From an uncultured Gammaproteobacteria bacterium (lineage in GTDB: Bacteria > Patescibacteriota > Microgenomatia > PFEM01 > JAPLYW01): DNA of 64,000 nt. Position 1 is the first letter of the stretch; every line of letters starts with the position of its first letter. Below the pieces are notes generated by a model that was not told the origin of the DNA, did no database searches, and saw nothing but the letters and a program-made list of their open reading frames with translations. The DNA lies in NCBI GenBank assembly GCA_965230945.1, contig OZ246397.1, positions 175,701 to 239,700 on the forward strand. Reading direction: 5' to 3'. Below, one piece after another: positions 1-9,742 of the stretch. The translations under genes were made by a program, and so were the position numbers.

Positions 1-415
1 TGTCAATAAATTTTTTTGTAAAATTTGAATTGCAAACAACCGCCTTAATTTTTCTTAATTTAATTCTATTCAGTAAATTTCGACCGTTAACGCCATGGAA
101 AGGAACCTGGAAATGTAAAATATTTGTCTTACTAGGCAGAAAAGGGATACTTCCATCGGAAAGAAAGAAAATCAAATCATATTCTTTCAATCCTTTTTTA
201 CCTATTTTAGAATCTTTATTGAAGATATTGGGAATAAAATTTACTCGTTCAATTTTTATACCCAATCTCTCTTTTATTTTTGGCTTTATCCCTTTATCAT
301 CCCAAAAAACATCAACCTGATAACCATTTTTACTCAAACAATCAGCCACAGTCAAGGCATACCTCTCACCTCCCCCTAAGGTATCTAAATATGGATCGTA
401 AATCGCCGCTTTCAT
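1..415 (-). CDS. GT4-family glycosyltransferase, N-terminal part (runs off the window start)
   Basis: Not in the ORF track. Manual translation from ATG at 415 gives MKAAIYDPYLDTLGGGERYALTVADCL...SDGSIPF...HFQVPF...VCNSNFTKKFID, with the GGGER motif typical of GT4 N-termini. Confidence 0.85.
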   Translation of the reverse strand, partial: MKAAIYDPYLDTLGGGERYALTVADCLSKNGYQVDVFWDDKGIKPKIKERLGIKIERVNFIPNIFNKDSKIGKKGLKEYDLIFFLSDGSIPFLPSKTNILHFQVPFHGVNGRNLLNRIKLRKIKAVVCNSNFTKKFID

Positions 416-422
416 CTTTTTT

Positions 423-1127
423 CTATTTTTCATTTTTTTCGATAAAAAGATAAATCCGATTGGTAAAATTTTCTTGGCTCTCTGAACCTGAAAAAGGAAA
501 ATAAAATAGGTTTAAAATTAAATTCAATAACTTCTTGGTCAAGTAAAAAATTTTATCTAATTTTGGATTGGGCAATGATTTGATGTCCATCATAGTTAAA
601 AAACGATTGAGACGATAGTCACCTGAATAAAAAAATTTACAAGAGTGTGCTTGAATGTAGTTTTTCAATTCGCTAAAAGCCGGTAACCCCTTTTTAAGAT
701 GTTCCTCAAGAAAATCAGACTTAATACCTTTTTGCTGTAAAAGGGAAAAAAGTTTTTTTTCGGCTTCAATATGCTGTTTGGTTCCTAAGGGGGCTGAAAC
801 AATTACTCTTTTTCTGGCGACTCTCAAAAGCTCCTGAATAAATTTTTTTCTGTCTTTTTTGGACATATGCTCGATAACATCAATACTCGTCACTACGTCA
901 AAAGAATTATCTTTTAAGGGTAATTCTCTGCCGTCAGCCAAGATATCGCCGCTTTTAAGGTTAGTGACAGTGATTTTATTTTTGATAAATTTTCCTAAAG
1001 CATCAACTCCGCCACCAACATCCAAAACTGCTTCACCTGGCTTAATTTTTTTGGCAACCCTTTGATGTCTCTCAAAAACATCAAAGGGTAATAATATTGA
1101 ATTCATCTTTGGTTTTGCAATTCCCAT
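423..1127 (-). CDS. Class I SAM-dependent methyltransferase
   Basis: VLDVGGG motif I; LPLKDNSFDVVTSIDVIEH motif. Confidence 0.85.
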   Translation of the reverse strand: MGIAKPKMNSILLPFDVFERHQRVAKKIKPGEAVLDVGGGVDALGKFIKNKITVTNLKSGDILADGRELPLKDNSFDVVTSIDVIEHMSKKDRKKFIQELLRVARKRVIVSAPLGTKQHIEAEKKLFSLLQQKGIKSDFLEEHLKKGLPAFSELKNYIQAHSCKFFYSGDYRLNRFLTMMDIKSLPNPKLDKIFYLTKKLLNLILNLFYFPFSGSESQENFTNRIYLFIEKNEK

Positions 1128-1867
1128 AATCTGGCATAAATCAAAAACTTATTAAATACCTGAAAAAGACCCTCTATCCAACCTACTACTCCATCGCGCC
1201 AAGCCTGATGTTTAACAAATCTCTGCCAAAATTCGACTGTCATAACTTTTAATATTCGCCACCAAGTTACTGGTGGATGTTTAGCCTTATATAACAATTC
1301 TGCCTCTATCTTAGACCAATCAGAGGTTTTCTTTACCATCAAAGATAAATTCCGATGAGTAATATGAATCATCGGTTGTTTCAAATACCCCAATGCCCCC
1401 TCGAAGACCGGTTCTTCGTGAAGATCTCCTTTCCAACTCTCAAGCTTTCCTCTCCGATAAAGTCTCTTAACATAATCCGGCCACCAGCCACCCCAATGTA
1501 ATTCTTTCCCTAGAAGAAAATTTCTTCTGGGAATGGCATAAGCAAAAAATTCAGGTTTATTAATAACCTCCTCTATTTCTTTTTTCAAATCAGCGGTCAT
1601 TCTTTCATCAGCATCTAAATAAAAAATCCAATCCCCAATCGCCTCTTTAAGACCTTCATTTCTTAATTGAGAGAAGACTGTTTTTTTGGGTAAAGAATCG
1701 ATTCTGACCCCATATCTTTTAGCAATATCAAGAGTTTTATCAGTTGAAGCATCATCAATGACCAAAATCTCATCAGCCCAATTACCGATGGATTTCAAAC
1801 AATCCTCAATCATCTCCTCTTCGTTTCTAGTAATAATTATGACTGATAATTTTTTTTTGCTTTTCAT
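1103..1867 (-). CDS. GT2 glycosyltransferase (beta-1,4-glucosyltransferase-like)
   Basis: LSVIIITRNEE, IDDASTDKT, YLDADE (DxD), WPDY motifs. Confidence 0.9.
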   Translation of the reverse strand: MKSKKKLSVIIITRNEEEMIEDCLKSIGNWADEILVIDDASTDKTLDIAKRYGVRIDSLPKKTVFSQLRNEGLKEAIGDWIFYLDADERMTADLKKEIEEVINKPEFFAYAIPRRNFLLGKELHWGGWWPDYVKRLYRRGKLESWKGDLHEEPVFEGALGYLKQPMIHITHRNLSLMVKKTSDWSKIEAELLYKAKHPPVTWWRILKVMTVEFWQRFVKHQAWRDGVVGWIEGLFQVFNKFLIYARLWELQNQR

Positions 1868-2550
1868 TGGTAAAGAAAATCAATCATCAAAGCTGAAATT
1901 AAAAGAAAAACTCCGCCTAATAAAAAACCACCAATAATATCAGTTAAAAAATGATAGCCAAGATAAATCCGGCTTAAGGCCACCAAAAAAATCAAGAAAC
2001 CAAAAATCATAGCTAAAAGCAAAACGTATCTTTTTCTTAATTTGACAAAACGAGTTGTCAGATTAAAAAGCACCCCATAGAAGTAAAAGGCGATAGTCGC
2101 ATGTCCAGAAGGAAAAGAAAAACAATCCCGTTCAGAAAAACAACCAAAAGGTCGTGGACGACTGAAGAAGTTTTTAAAAAACCAAATAAAGAAGCCGCTA
2201 CCGATTAGGGTTAAAAAAACCGTAAAGGCCGCTTTTCTTCTTCTTTTTCTAACCAAAAAGATGGTTAAAATTAAAAAGGCGGTAATAATAAAATAGTCTG
2301 AGGCAAAATTCGTCAAAAAAAGAAAAAAACCATCCAGCACAGGAATTCTTAATCGTTCTATCTGTTCAACAACCCACTTATCCCAAGTATTAATCGCCTG
2401 AAAAGAAGTCATTGTCCATAAGCGGAAAAGGGCTAAAAAGAGAAGGGTAACCCCTAAAATTAGCCATAAAATTTTCCTTTTGGGATAGGCATAAAAACCG
2501 CCCCTTAAACCGTTTTTTTCTAACTTTAGCCAATTTTTAAAGTCAAACAT
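1864..2550 (-). CDS. PAP2-family phosphatase (possible undecaprenyl-PP phosphatase)
   Basis: KxxxxRPRP, SFPSGH and SRIYLGYHFLTD catalytic motifs; several TM segments. Confidence 0.9.
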   Translation of the reverse strand: MFDFKNWLKLEKNGLRGGFYAYPKRKILWLILGVTLLFLALFRLWTMTSFQAINTWDKWVVEQIERLRIPVLDGFFLFLTNFASDYFIITAFLILTIFLVRKRRRKAAFTVFLTLIGSGFFIWFFKNFFSRPRPFGCFSERDCFSFPSGHATIAFYFYGVLFNLTTRFVKLRKRYVLLLAMIFGFLIFLVALSRIYLGYHFLTDIIGGFLLGGVFLLISALMIDFLYQ

Positions 2551-2556
2551 TTTAAG

Positions 2557-2946
2557 TTAAAACAACTTTTGCCACAAAGGAGGGAAAAGCACCAAAAAAC
2601 CAATAATCGCTGCCCCAATGGAAACAATCAACATGACACCAGCAGATAAATCTTTAATAATTTTGGCGGCGGGATGGTATTTTTCAACCATTAAGTCAAC
2701 TATCTTTTCCACAGTAGTATTAATCATTTCCACAGTTAAACCTAGAAAAATAGCTAAAATCAAAAACAAAAATCTTTCATAAGAAACCCGCAACCATAAA
2801 GCTAAAAAAAGAACGAATAAAGACAAAAGGAAGTGGACGATAAAATTTTTCTGGGTAGTAAAGGCATACCGACAACCAACCAGAGCACTTTTAAAAGCCT
2901 GGAGCCAATTACCATTTTTAAAATCTGATTTATTGTTTTTCTCCAT
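2557..2946 (-). CDS. dgkA: Diacylglycerol/undecaprenol kinase (DgkA family)
   Basis: EMINTTVEKIVD and AKIIKDLSAG motifs; 129 aa, 3 TM. Confidence 0.85.
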   Translation of the reverse strand: MEKNNKSDFKNGNWLQAFKSALVGCRYAFTTQKNFIVHFLLSLFVLFLALWLRVSYERFLFLILAIFLGLTVEMINTTVEKIVDLMVEKYHPAAKIIKDLSAGVMLIVSIGAAIIGFLVLFPPLWQKLF

Positions 2947-2967
2947 CTTTTCTTAATTTTATCATTT

Positions 2968-3882
2968 TTAAGGCTTAAAGCCAGCTTGCCCGAATTTCTT
3001 AAGATAAAAATTTCTAATCCCCAGTTTCTGCCAATGACTACCTTTAAAAAGTATTTTCAAACTTTCCCTGATTAGGGCAAATTTTGTCCTTAAAGAGGCA
3101 TATTTAAAACCGAAGAGTAAGCGGTTACGGGTTAAATAATAATCATGAAGTGGACCACCAACTTCACTGGAGCTGGCATTAAGATGCCAGAGTTTTGCCG
3201 TCGGGGTATAAAAAATTTTAAAACCGGCTTTTTTGGCTCGTTGACAAAAATCCACATCTTCTAAATAAAGAAAATATTTCTCGTCCAAAAAACCGACTTT
3301 TTCAAAAACCTCTTTTTTAATCAGCATGCCGCAGCCAGAGGCAAAATCAACCGGGATTATCTGATTATATTGGCCGTGGTCAACCTCATCAACACCGCGA
3401 TGTGAGGCAATGACATTCTGCCAATCAATTAAACCGCCGGCATACCAGATAACCTTGCCTTTGTCTTTTTCCTGGTATCTTCCTTGATGAAATTCATAGC
3501 CTGGGGCAAAATAAATTTTCGGGGCCAAAATGCCAATCTTCGGATCCTTCTGAGCCGTTTTTAACAATTCCCTTACTAGCTTTTCATCCAAAAAAGTATC
3601 ATTGTTAAGCAGGAAGACGGAAGCAACGCCATCTTTTAAAACCCTTTTAATGCCGAAATTGTTACCGGCGGCATAACCCAGATTTTCCGAAGTTTTAAGA
3701 AAAATAAATTCGGGGAATTTCTTTTTTAAAAAATCAATCTTCTCTAAAGGGTTGTTATTGACAACAATCACCTCAATCTTAAAATCTTTGGTTTCCAATT
3801 GTTTGACTGACTCCAAACAAGCCTCAGTCAATTCCGGCTTGCTGAAATGAAGAATCACTAAACCAACTTTAGTCATCGACAT
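2968..3882 (-). CDS. GT2 glycosyltransferase (rhamnosyltransferase-like)
   Basis: NLGYAAGNN, LLNND, SGCGMLI and YFLYLEDVDFC motifs. Confidence 0.9.
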   Translation of the reverse strand: MSMTKVGLVILHFSKPELTEACLESVKQLETKDFKIEVIVVNNNPLEKIDFLKKKFPEFIFLKTSENLGYAAGNNFGIKRVLKDGVASVFLLNNDTFLDEKLVRELLKTAQKDPKIGILAPKIYFAPGYEFHQGRYQEKDKGKVIWYAGGLIDWQNVIASHRGVDEVDHGQYNQIIPVDFASGCGMLIKKEVFEKVGFLDEKYFLYLEDVDFCQRAKKAGFKIFYTPTAKLWHLNASSSEVGGPLHDYYLTRNRLLFGFKYASLRTKFALIRESLKILFKGSHWQKLGIRNFYLKKFGQAGFKP

Positions 3883-3884
3883 GC

Positions 3885-4769
3885 TTAAATTTTTTTCTTA
3901 ATCTTCAAACGAATTTTTCCGATTAAACCGGAGGCTTTTACCTGCCAATGAAGATAATCGTTAATGTTTTCTTCCAGAACTTCGTCATAGGCGCTGATGT
4001 CCTGTTCAACAAACTTCTCCTTCTCCCAGACTTTGACATACTTGACCATCTCGGAAAAAGCCTGAAGCAAAGCCAAAACCAGACCGTGAAGACCGTCCTT
4101 GTAAGCCTCACCGACAAAAAAACGACTGAGAAACTCGCCCATCGGTTTTTTCAGTATATCCTGCCAGCGAAACTTATAGCCGGTTTTAATTAATTCCTCA
4201 ACCTGGATACCGGTATAACGGTTCATTCTCTCCAGATATTGGGAAACAGATTGATAATGATGATGAACAATGGTATTGGCCTCTTTGGCTTCCAAATCCT
4301 TGCCTTCACCCCGTGTCAAGGGCACGCTGTGGATTCTCTCAGACCACTGAACGCAGCCTTTTTTGAAGAAACGGATATTGTAATCCGGCCACCAACGGGA
4401 ATGTTTCATCCATTTGCCGAAGATAATGTTTTTTCTCGGCAGACAGAAATAGGTTAAACCTTTGTGATCTTCACTTAAATTTTTAATTATTTTAGCCAAG
4501 CTTGGAGGAATTTCTTCATCTGCATCCAAAATTAAAATCCAATCACCGCTTGTTTTGCTGATGGCAAAATTCCTGGCCGGCTCGACATAAGACATATATT
4601 TATAGAAAAAAACTTTTGCTCCCAATTTTTTGGCAATCGCGGCCGTTCTATCTTTAGAATACATATCAATAACGATAATCTCGTCAGCTATTCTTCGAAC
4701 TGATTCTAAACATCTTTTGATGTTTTCTTCTTCATTCCAGGTATTAATGATAACCGAAATTTTAGACAT
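3885..4769 (-). CDS. GT2 glycosyltransferase
   Basis: ISVIINTWNEE, ILDADE, WPDY; paralogue of 1103..1867. Confidence 0.9.
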   Translation of the reverse strand: MSKISVIINTWNEEENIKRCLESVRRIADEIIVIDMYSKDRTAAIAKKLGAKVFFYKYMSYVEPARNFAISKTSGDWILILDADEEIPPSLAKIIKNLSEDHKGLTYFCLPRKNIIFGKWMKHSRWWPDYNIRFFKKGCVQWSERIHSVPLTRGEGKDLEAKEANTIVHHHYQSVSQYLERMNRYTGIQVEELIKTGYKFRWQDILKKPMGEFLSRFFVGEAYKDGLHGLVLALLQAFSEMVKYVKVWEKEKFVEQDISAYDEVLEENINDYLHWQVKASGLIGKIRLKIKKKI

Positions 4770-4782
4770 AACTTAATTTTGA

Positions 4783-4876
4783 TCCGCCACTTAGCGGAGA
4801 AAAACAAGGTTCTGAACTTTGTTCATGGTTCTCATTTGAAAAACAAGGTTCTGAACTTTATTCGTGGTTCTTATTT
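4783..4876. repeat. Short palindrome followed by two 39-bp tandem copies
   Basis: TCCGCcacttaGCGGA at 4783-4798; copies beginning GAAAAACAAGGTTCTGAACTTT at 4799 and 4838, with few mismatches. Confidence 0.8.
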
Positions 4877-4898
4877 TATCAAAAAGGGCCTAAAAGAG

Positions 4899-6452
4899 CT
4901 AATTTTCAAGCCGATAAATTTTTACCTGATAATCGGTATCCCATTTTTGGCTGATTTTTTTGGGACGGAAAGAAGTAATTTCCCAAACGGAATAATTAAT
5001 AGTTTCTGAATCACCTTTATCACTAATGACATAAAGAATTTTAGCCTCAGGGTAAACCTCAACACTCATTGGCTTTTGACCTAAAACATTTAAAAAATAG
5101 CGATAATAAATCGCTCGGGTATTACCATCAACAATATTGGCAATGTTAAATTTATTTTGAAAATTATTTTGAGAAACATCATTGGCAATAATCATGGCAA
5201 TTTGTTTGGCACCTTGAAGGTTAACATTATTAAAATCAATCGAAATTTTTCGATTGACTATTTGCCAATCTTTTTTAAAAGCCGATAAAGATAGCACTAT
5301 AAAAAATGAAAAGAAAATAACCAAAAAAACATATCTTAATAAATGATTAAAACTGGCTAATTTTTCGATTATTTTTTGAGTAAAAAAAACAAGAAAAATA
5401 ACTAAGATTGGTAAAAGCGGCAATAGATAACGATCCTCAATACGTTCTTTTTGAAACTGGCCGAAGATTGAGGCAAAAAACAAACCCAAAAACAAACCGA
5501 CGGTTAAAAATAAAATTATTTTTCTTTCCTTATGTCTTTTATCAATTAATAAAAAAATCAGGAGGGCGGCAAAAATAAAAACGCTAATCAAGCTGATTAT
5601 CGAATGGCTTTTCTCCATGAAAAGAATTGAATACTGCTCAAAACCGAAAAATCTTCCTATAAGAATTCTTAAATAACTAAAAATTCCGTTTAAGGAAAAC
5701 CAAAAGTTGCCACTACTAACCGTCAAGTTCCTAATGGTACTTTTTGTCAGGAAAAAATTATGTCTTATCTCAAAAATAATTATCGGTAAGATACCAAAAA
5801 TAAAACCTAAACCCCAAAGAAAAAGACGAGAAAGTATTTTTTTAGTATTAAAAATAAAAAGGCCGATCAGTAGTGAAAGAATTATTCCCAGAGAAACGTA
5901 GTGAAGCTGAAAGAGACAACCAGATAAAAAACCCAAGACAAAAAGCCAAAACCATTTTTTCCTTTGAAGATATAGGCTCAAGAAAAATAAAATCAAAACA
6001 GTAAAAAAGGGTAAAAAATTTGGGTTCCAAGGGAAACGACTATATTCAACTGTCAAAGGTGAAATCAAATAGAAGAAAAAACCAAAAAGGGCCAGCCAAT
6101 GGTTAGTAACGATTTTCCTTAAAAAAAGAAAAAATAAAATGGCGCCCAAAAAACTAAAAAAGGCCGTTAAAATCGCCGGACCCAAAGGATCAAGGCGACT
6201 CAATAATAAGGCTGGGGCCACTAAATAATAATAAAGGGGGCCGAAATAAGTTTCTAAAGGGCTATTAAGGCCAAAAGAGGTTTGTGGTCCTAATAAGGTT
6301 AATTTCCCCTCGACAATCATTTGTCTAACAACCTCCATATCTCGAGCCACGTCATAAAAAAAGTTTTGTGTAGCCCTCAGTCGATAGAAATTTAAAAAAA
6401 GCCCTAAAAGAATAACAAAAGTAAAAAGAAGCCAATAGATTTTCTTATTCAT
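4899..6452 (-). CDS. GT-C (ArnT/PMT-like) membrane glycosyltransferase
   Basis: FFYDVARD...LLGP...GPLYYY and SRFPWNPN motifs; more than 10 TM segments plus a soluble C-terminal domain. Confidence 0.8.
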   Translation of the reverse strand: MNKKIYWLLFTFVILLGLFLNFYRLRATQNFFYDVARDMEVVRQMIVEGKLTLLGPQTSFGLNSPLETYFGPLYYYLVAPALLLSRLDPLGPAILTAFFSFLGAILFFLFLRKIVTNHWLALFGFFFYLISPLTVEYSRFPWNPNFLPFFTVLILFFLSLYLQRKKWFWLFVLGFLSGCLFQLHYVSLGIILSLLIGLFIFNTKKILSRLFLWGLGFIFGILPIIIFEIRHNFFLTKSTIRNLTVSSGNFWFSLNGIFSYLRILIGRFFGFEQYSILFMEKSHSIISLISVFIFAALLIFLLIDKRHKERKIILFLTVGLFLGLFFASIFGQFQKERIEDRYLLPLLPILVIFLVFFTQKIIEKLASFNHLLRYVFLVIFFSFFIVLSLSAFKKDWQIVNRKISIDFNNVNLQGAKQIAMIIANDVSQNNFQNKFNIANIVDGNTRAIYYRYFLNVLGQKPMSVEVYPEAKILYVISDKGDSETINYSVWEITSFRPKKISQKWDTDYQVKIYRLEN

Positions 6453-8307
6453 TCGTTTTCATTTTAAAAATTTTAACTAAATCGTTTTCAAAGATTTTAT
6501 TAAAGCCAATTTGCGATTCAGCAACTTCTAATTTCTGTTCTTCAACTAAGTAAAGATATTTTATCTTATTCTTGTCAAGGAATTTTTTAGCCTCATTAAC
6601 ACTTTTTGTCTTGAAAAATTTTTCAATCTCTTCTCTCCTGACCCGCCAGGGAACCTGCATGATTTCCAAAGTCATTTCATCCTCCAAAAAAGTTTGTTTA
6701 TCCCCAAAAGCAGAGACATAAGCAGTAGTTTCATAAATATAAAGCGGTTGAGGTGTTTCTTTGGTTTTTTCTCTTGCCCGATAATTATGAGGATAAGTTA
6801 AAACAATACCCGCCGATTGTTCTCTTAGAAATTCCAAACCTTCAAGTTCCTGAAAGTCAATCTTGGCTGGCGACTGATAACCAAGATAGTTCTTTAAATC
6901 CCCGATCGTCGTTGGTAAAGTCAAAAGAAGCAGTAAAGCAATAAAAAGGCTTTTGAGCCAAATTCTCTTCCTAGATAGGAAGTTAGCCAACCATAAACCA
7001 GCCAGCAAACCAAAAAGAAACTGAAAATAATAAAAAAACTGAATGCTATTCCAAGGATTTCCTTTTTGGATAAAAAACAAGGGAATCAGACCACTTGGTA
7101 ATAAACAGGCCAAAAAAAGAACTTGAAAAGAACTAATTTCCCGCCAATTTTTAAACCAATGGCAAAGCTTACCCAAACCAATGATTCTTGTTCCCAAATT
7201 ACCGATAAAGAAAATGGCTAGACCTAAACCTTCAGCTAGCAACCACTTTAACCAAAGACCGGTGGCAAAATAGGCCTGTCGAGCCTGAGCCAGTCGTAGC
7301 CAACCAACACGGTCAGGGGCGTCAATCATCACCCGAGGCAACCATAAAGGAGAAAAAACAAAAAGCGAGGATGAGGCCCAATTATTAGGCAAAAAAACCA
7401 ATAAACTAACCACCAGACTTCCCAAAAAAACTTTGAAGGTCTTCAATTTTTTCTTAGTTATCAATTCCCAAAAAGTGGTTGCTCCTAAACCAGAAAGAAT
7501 AATAATCCCTCCATAGGCTTTAATGCCAATAATCAAGCCAAAAATAAAACTTAAAAACCAGAGCTTTTTCCCAGATGGTTTTTCAAGATAATTTAAATAA
7601 AGATAAAAACCATAAAGCATTAAAATTAAAGAAAGAAAAAACTGCAAGTTAAGCGGAAAAGAGATTGATTGATTAGCCCAAAACATTGATTCCCCACTTA
7701 AACCTTGACGACGTAATAAGGTTACTAACCAACCGAAATTACCGCCAAAATAGGCAAAAAAGACAGACAGACAAGCAGCCAAATTATTCTTAGTCAGTTT
7801 TTTGATTAAAAGAAAAACCAAAATTCCCAAAAAACCGGAAAGAATAATGGGAATAATTTGAAAATAAAGATTAAGAGTCGGCAGAAAAGTAATTTTATGG
7901 ATTAAAGCCACTGACAAATCAAATAAAAAGTGGTAGTTTTTTAAATTAAAATGAGCCAGGATAGGATTTTGGAGAAGAGAGAAAAAATCTCCAGAAAATC
8001 TAAGATGTCTGGCCAAACTATTAATTAAAGCCAGATGCCAAACACCGTCATGACCATTCGGCCCCCAAAAACCCATCCCATATGAATATAAAAGCCCGCT
8101 TTTGATCGTGGTTAAACTCTGGGTAATCATGCCAAAAAACATAATTAAAACCAGCCATTTGTGCAAACGTAAAGCAAAAAACAAAAACCCCAAAAAGATT
8201 AAGGCCATTAGAAGAAAAACTAATGGCGAAGTTTCAAAAGGTAAAGAATTGGCGATTCCTTGGAAATTAACGATTCTTGAAAGCATAAAAGAGTTTTTTA
8301 ACATCAA
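6445..8307 (-). CDS. Multi-TM membrane protein, probable GT-C glycosyltransferase
   Basis: HDGVWH loop after the first TMs, many TMs, C-terminal IKYLYL...IFEND...KIFK domain; exact start uncertain. Confidence 0.6.
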   Translation of the reverse strand: MMLKNSFMLSRIVNFQGIANSLPFETSPLVFLLMALIFLGFLFFALRLHKWLVLIMFFGMITQSLTTIKSGLLYSYGMGFWGPNGHDGVWHLALINSLARHLRFSGDFFSLLQNPILAHFNLKNYHFLFDLSVALIHKITFLPTLNLYFQIIPIILSGFLGILVFLLIKKLTKNNLAACLSVFFAYFGGNFGWLVTLLRRQGLSGESMFWANQSISFPLNLQFFLSLILMLYGFYLYLNYLEKPSGKKLWFLSFIFGLIIGIKAYGGIIILSGLGATTFWELITKKKLKTFKVFLGSLVVSLLVFLPNNWASSSLFVFSPLWLPRVMIDAPDRVGWLRLAQARQAYFATGLWLKWLLAEGLGLAIFFIGNLGTRIIGLGKLCHWFKNWREISSFQVLFLACLLPSGLIPLFFIQKGNPWNSIQFFYYFQFLFGLLAGLWLANFLSRKRIWLKSLFIALLLLLTLPTTIGDLKNYLGYQSPAKIDFQELEGLEFLREQSAGIVLTYPHNYRAREKTKETPQPLYIYETTAYVSAFGDKQTFLEDEMTLEIMQVPWRVRREEIEKFFKTKSVNEAKKFLDKNKIKYLYLVEEQKLEVAESQIGFNKIFENDLVKIFKMKTNE

Positions 8308-9742
8308 CCATCAAAGATTTCCCGACCATTAAAAAAACCAAACCGCCATAAAACAAACCACCGATAAAAATCAATAAAATTAAGCTGAAAATATTTAACG
8401 GCAAAAAATTTCTTAAAAAGAAAAGGCCAAAACCCATCGCCAGACAACCAATAGTGGGTTTTAGTAAAGGAGCAAAAAAATCAAAATCAATATATTTCTT
8501 GGTCAACCAAATGGCAATCGCCGAGCTAAAAGAAACCACAGCAGCTCCCAAAGCCACTCCGTTAAAGCCATATTTAATGGCTAAAACCGGGTAAATAATC
8601 CAGGTTAAAACTGTCCACATCACCATTAGTTTAAAAACGATTTTAATTTTGCCAACCGCGGTTAAAGCGTTCATTAAAGGCGTCGTTACGGCCGCCCAAA
8701 AACTGTTAACTAAAAAAAGATACAAAGCCACTAAAGCCACCTCCCACTTGCTGTATTTAGGAATCAAATGAACTAGAGGTTGGGCTAAAACACTAATTCC
8801 CACCAAAAGCGGAAAAATAATTAAGCCCAGAAAAAACAGCGTTTTCTCGATTGCCTTTTTTAATTCTTTTTTATCGGTTTGCATCCGGGCATAAGCCGGA
8901 AAGGTCACCTTCATCACTGCATCCATGACAAAACGGAGAGGCATTTGGGCCCATTTTTGCGCCCAACCCAAAATACCCACCCCAGAAGCGCCAACAATTT
9001 TCCAAAGAAAAACATTCATTAACCGGTCTTTAATTACCGCCAAAAAGGTGTTAGCTTGATAAGGAACCCCGAATCGCAAAAGATGACGCAGGGATTCTTT
9101 CTCAAAAGCAAAACCAATCCGCCAAGGAGAGATAATATAAATTAAAATTACCCCCACCATCCCCCTTAGTAAAACTGCCCAGGCATAACTAACCACCCCA
9201 AAACCTTTCCAAGCCAACAAGACAGCCGCCCCATAGAAAAGAATTGACTCTACTATTTCTACTATTACAAGCAGATCAAAACGTAACTTCCGCTCTAATA
9301 AAATCGAGGGGATGGTCTTTAAGGAAGCCAAGAAAAAGCCAAAAGTTAATGCCCATAAAAGAAAAACGCCAGGCTGGGTAATATGATAAAATTGACGAAG
9401 CCAAGGCGTAAGAACCAAAACCAAGGAGACCAGAGTTAAAACTAATGCTTGTTGGATAGTGAAAGTGCTCCGAATATCCTTAATTGTCGGTTTTTCTTTC
9501 TTTTGAATTAAAGCACCAGCTAAACCAATATCGGAAAAATAGCCTAAAATGGCCACTAACTCAGAGATGGCAAAAAAGAGTCCAACCTCTGCTTTCCCTA
9601 GAAAAATAGTTAAGAGAAAAAAACCGGCAAAGGAAATTATCTGAAGAAGAAAAGTTCTTCCAGTTAAAGCAGCAATCCCTCTAATCGCCCGTCCCTTAAC
9701 CGTCGCCAAATCAATCTCAGGTACCCTTGTTAGCTCTACCAT
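8267..9742 (-). CDS. Wzx/RfbX-type oligosaccharide flippase (MOP family)
   Basis: SDIGLAGALIQ and VTFPAYAR motifs; about 12-14 TM segments. Confidence 0.85.
   Translation of the reverse strand: MVELTRVPEIDLATVKGRAIRGIAALTGRTFLLQIISFAGFFLLTIFLGKAEVGLFFAISELVAILGYFSDIGLAGALIQKKEKPTIKDIRSTFTIQQALVLTLVSLVLVLTPWLRQFYHITQPGVFLLWALTFGFFLASLKTIPSILLERKLRFDLLVIVEIVESILFYGAAVLLAWKGFGVVSYAWAVLLRGMVGVILIYIISPWRIGFAFEKESLRHLLRFGVPYQANTFLAVIKDRLMNVFLWKIVGASGVGILGWAQKWAQMPLRFVMDAVMKVTFPAYARMQTDKKELKKAIEKTLFFLGLIIFPLLVGISVLAQPLVHLIPKYSKWEVALVALYLFLVNSFWAAVTTPLMNALTAVGKIKIVFKLMVMWTVLTWIIYPVLAIKYGFNGVALGAAVVSFSSAIAIWLTKKYIDFDFFAPLLKPTIGCLAMGFGLFFLRNFLPLNIFSLILLIFIGGLFYGGLVFLMVGKSLMVDVKKLFYAFKNR

Noticed and set aside
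1850-1858. A9 tract near the start of a GT2 gene as a phase-variation switch
   Set aside because: A/T runs of 7-9 nt are common throughout this AT-rich, Lys/Phe-rich sequence and the frame is intact.
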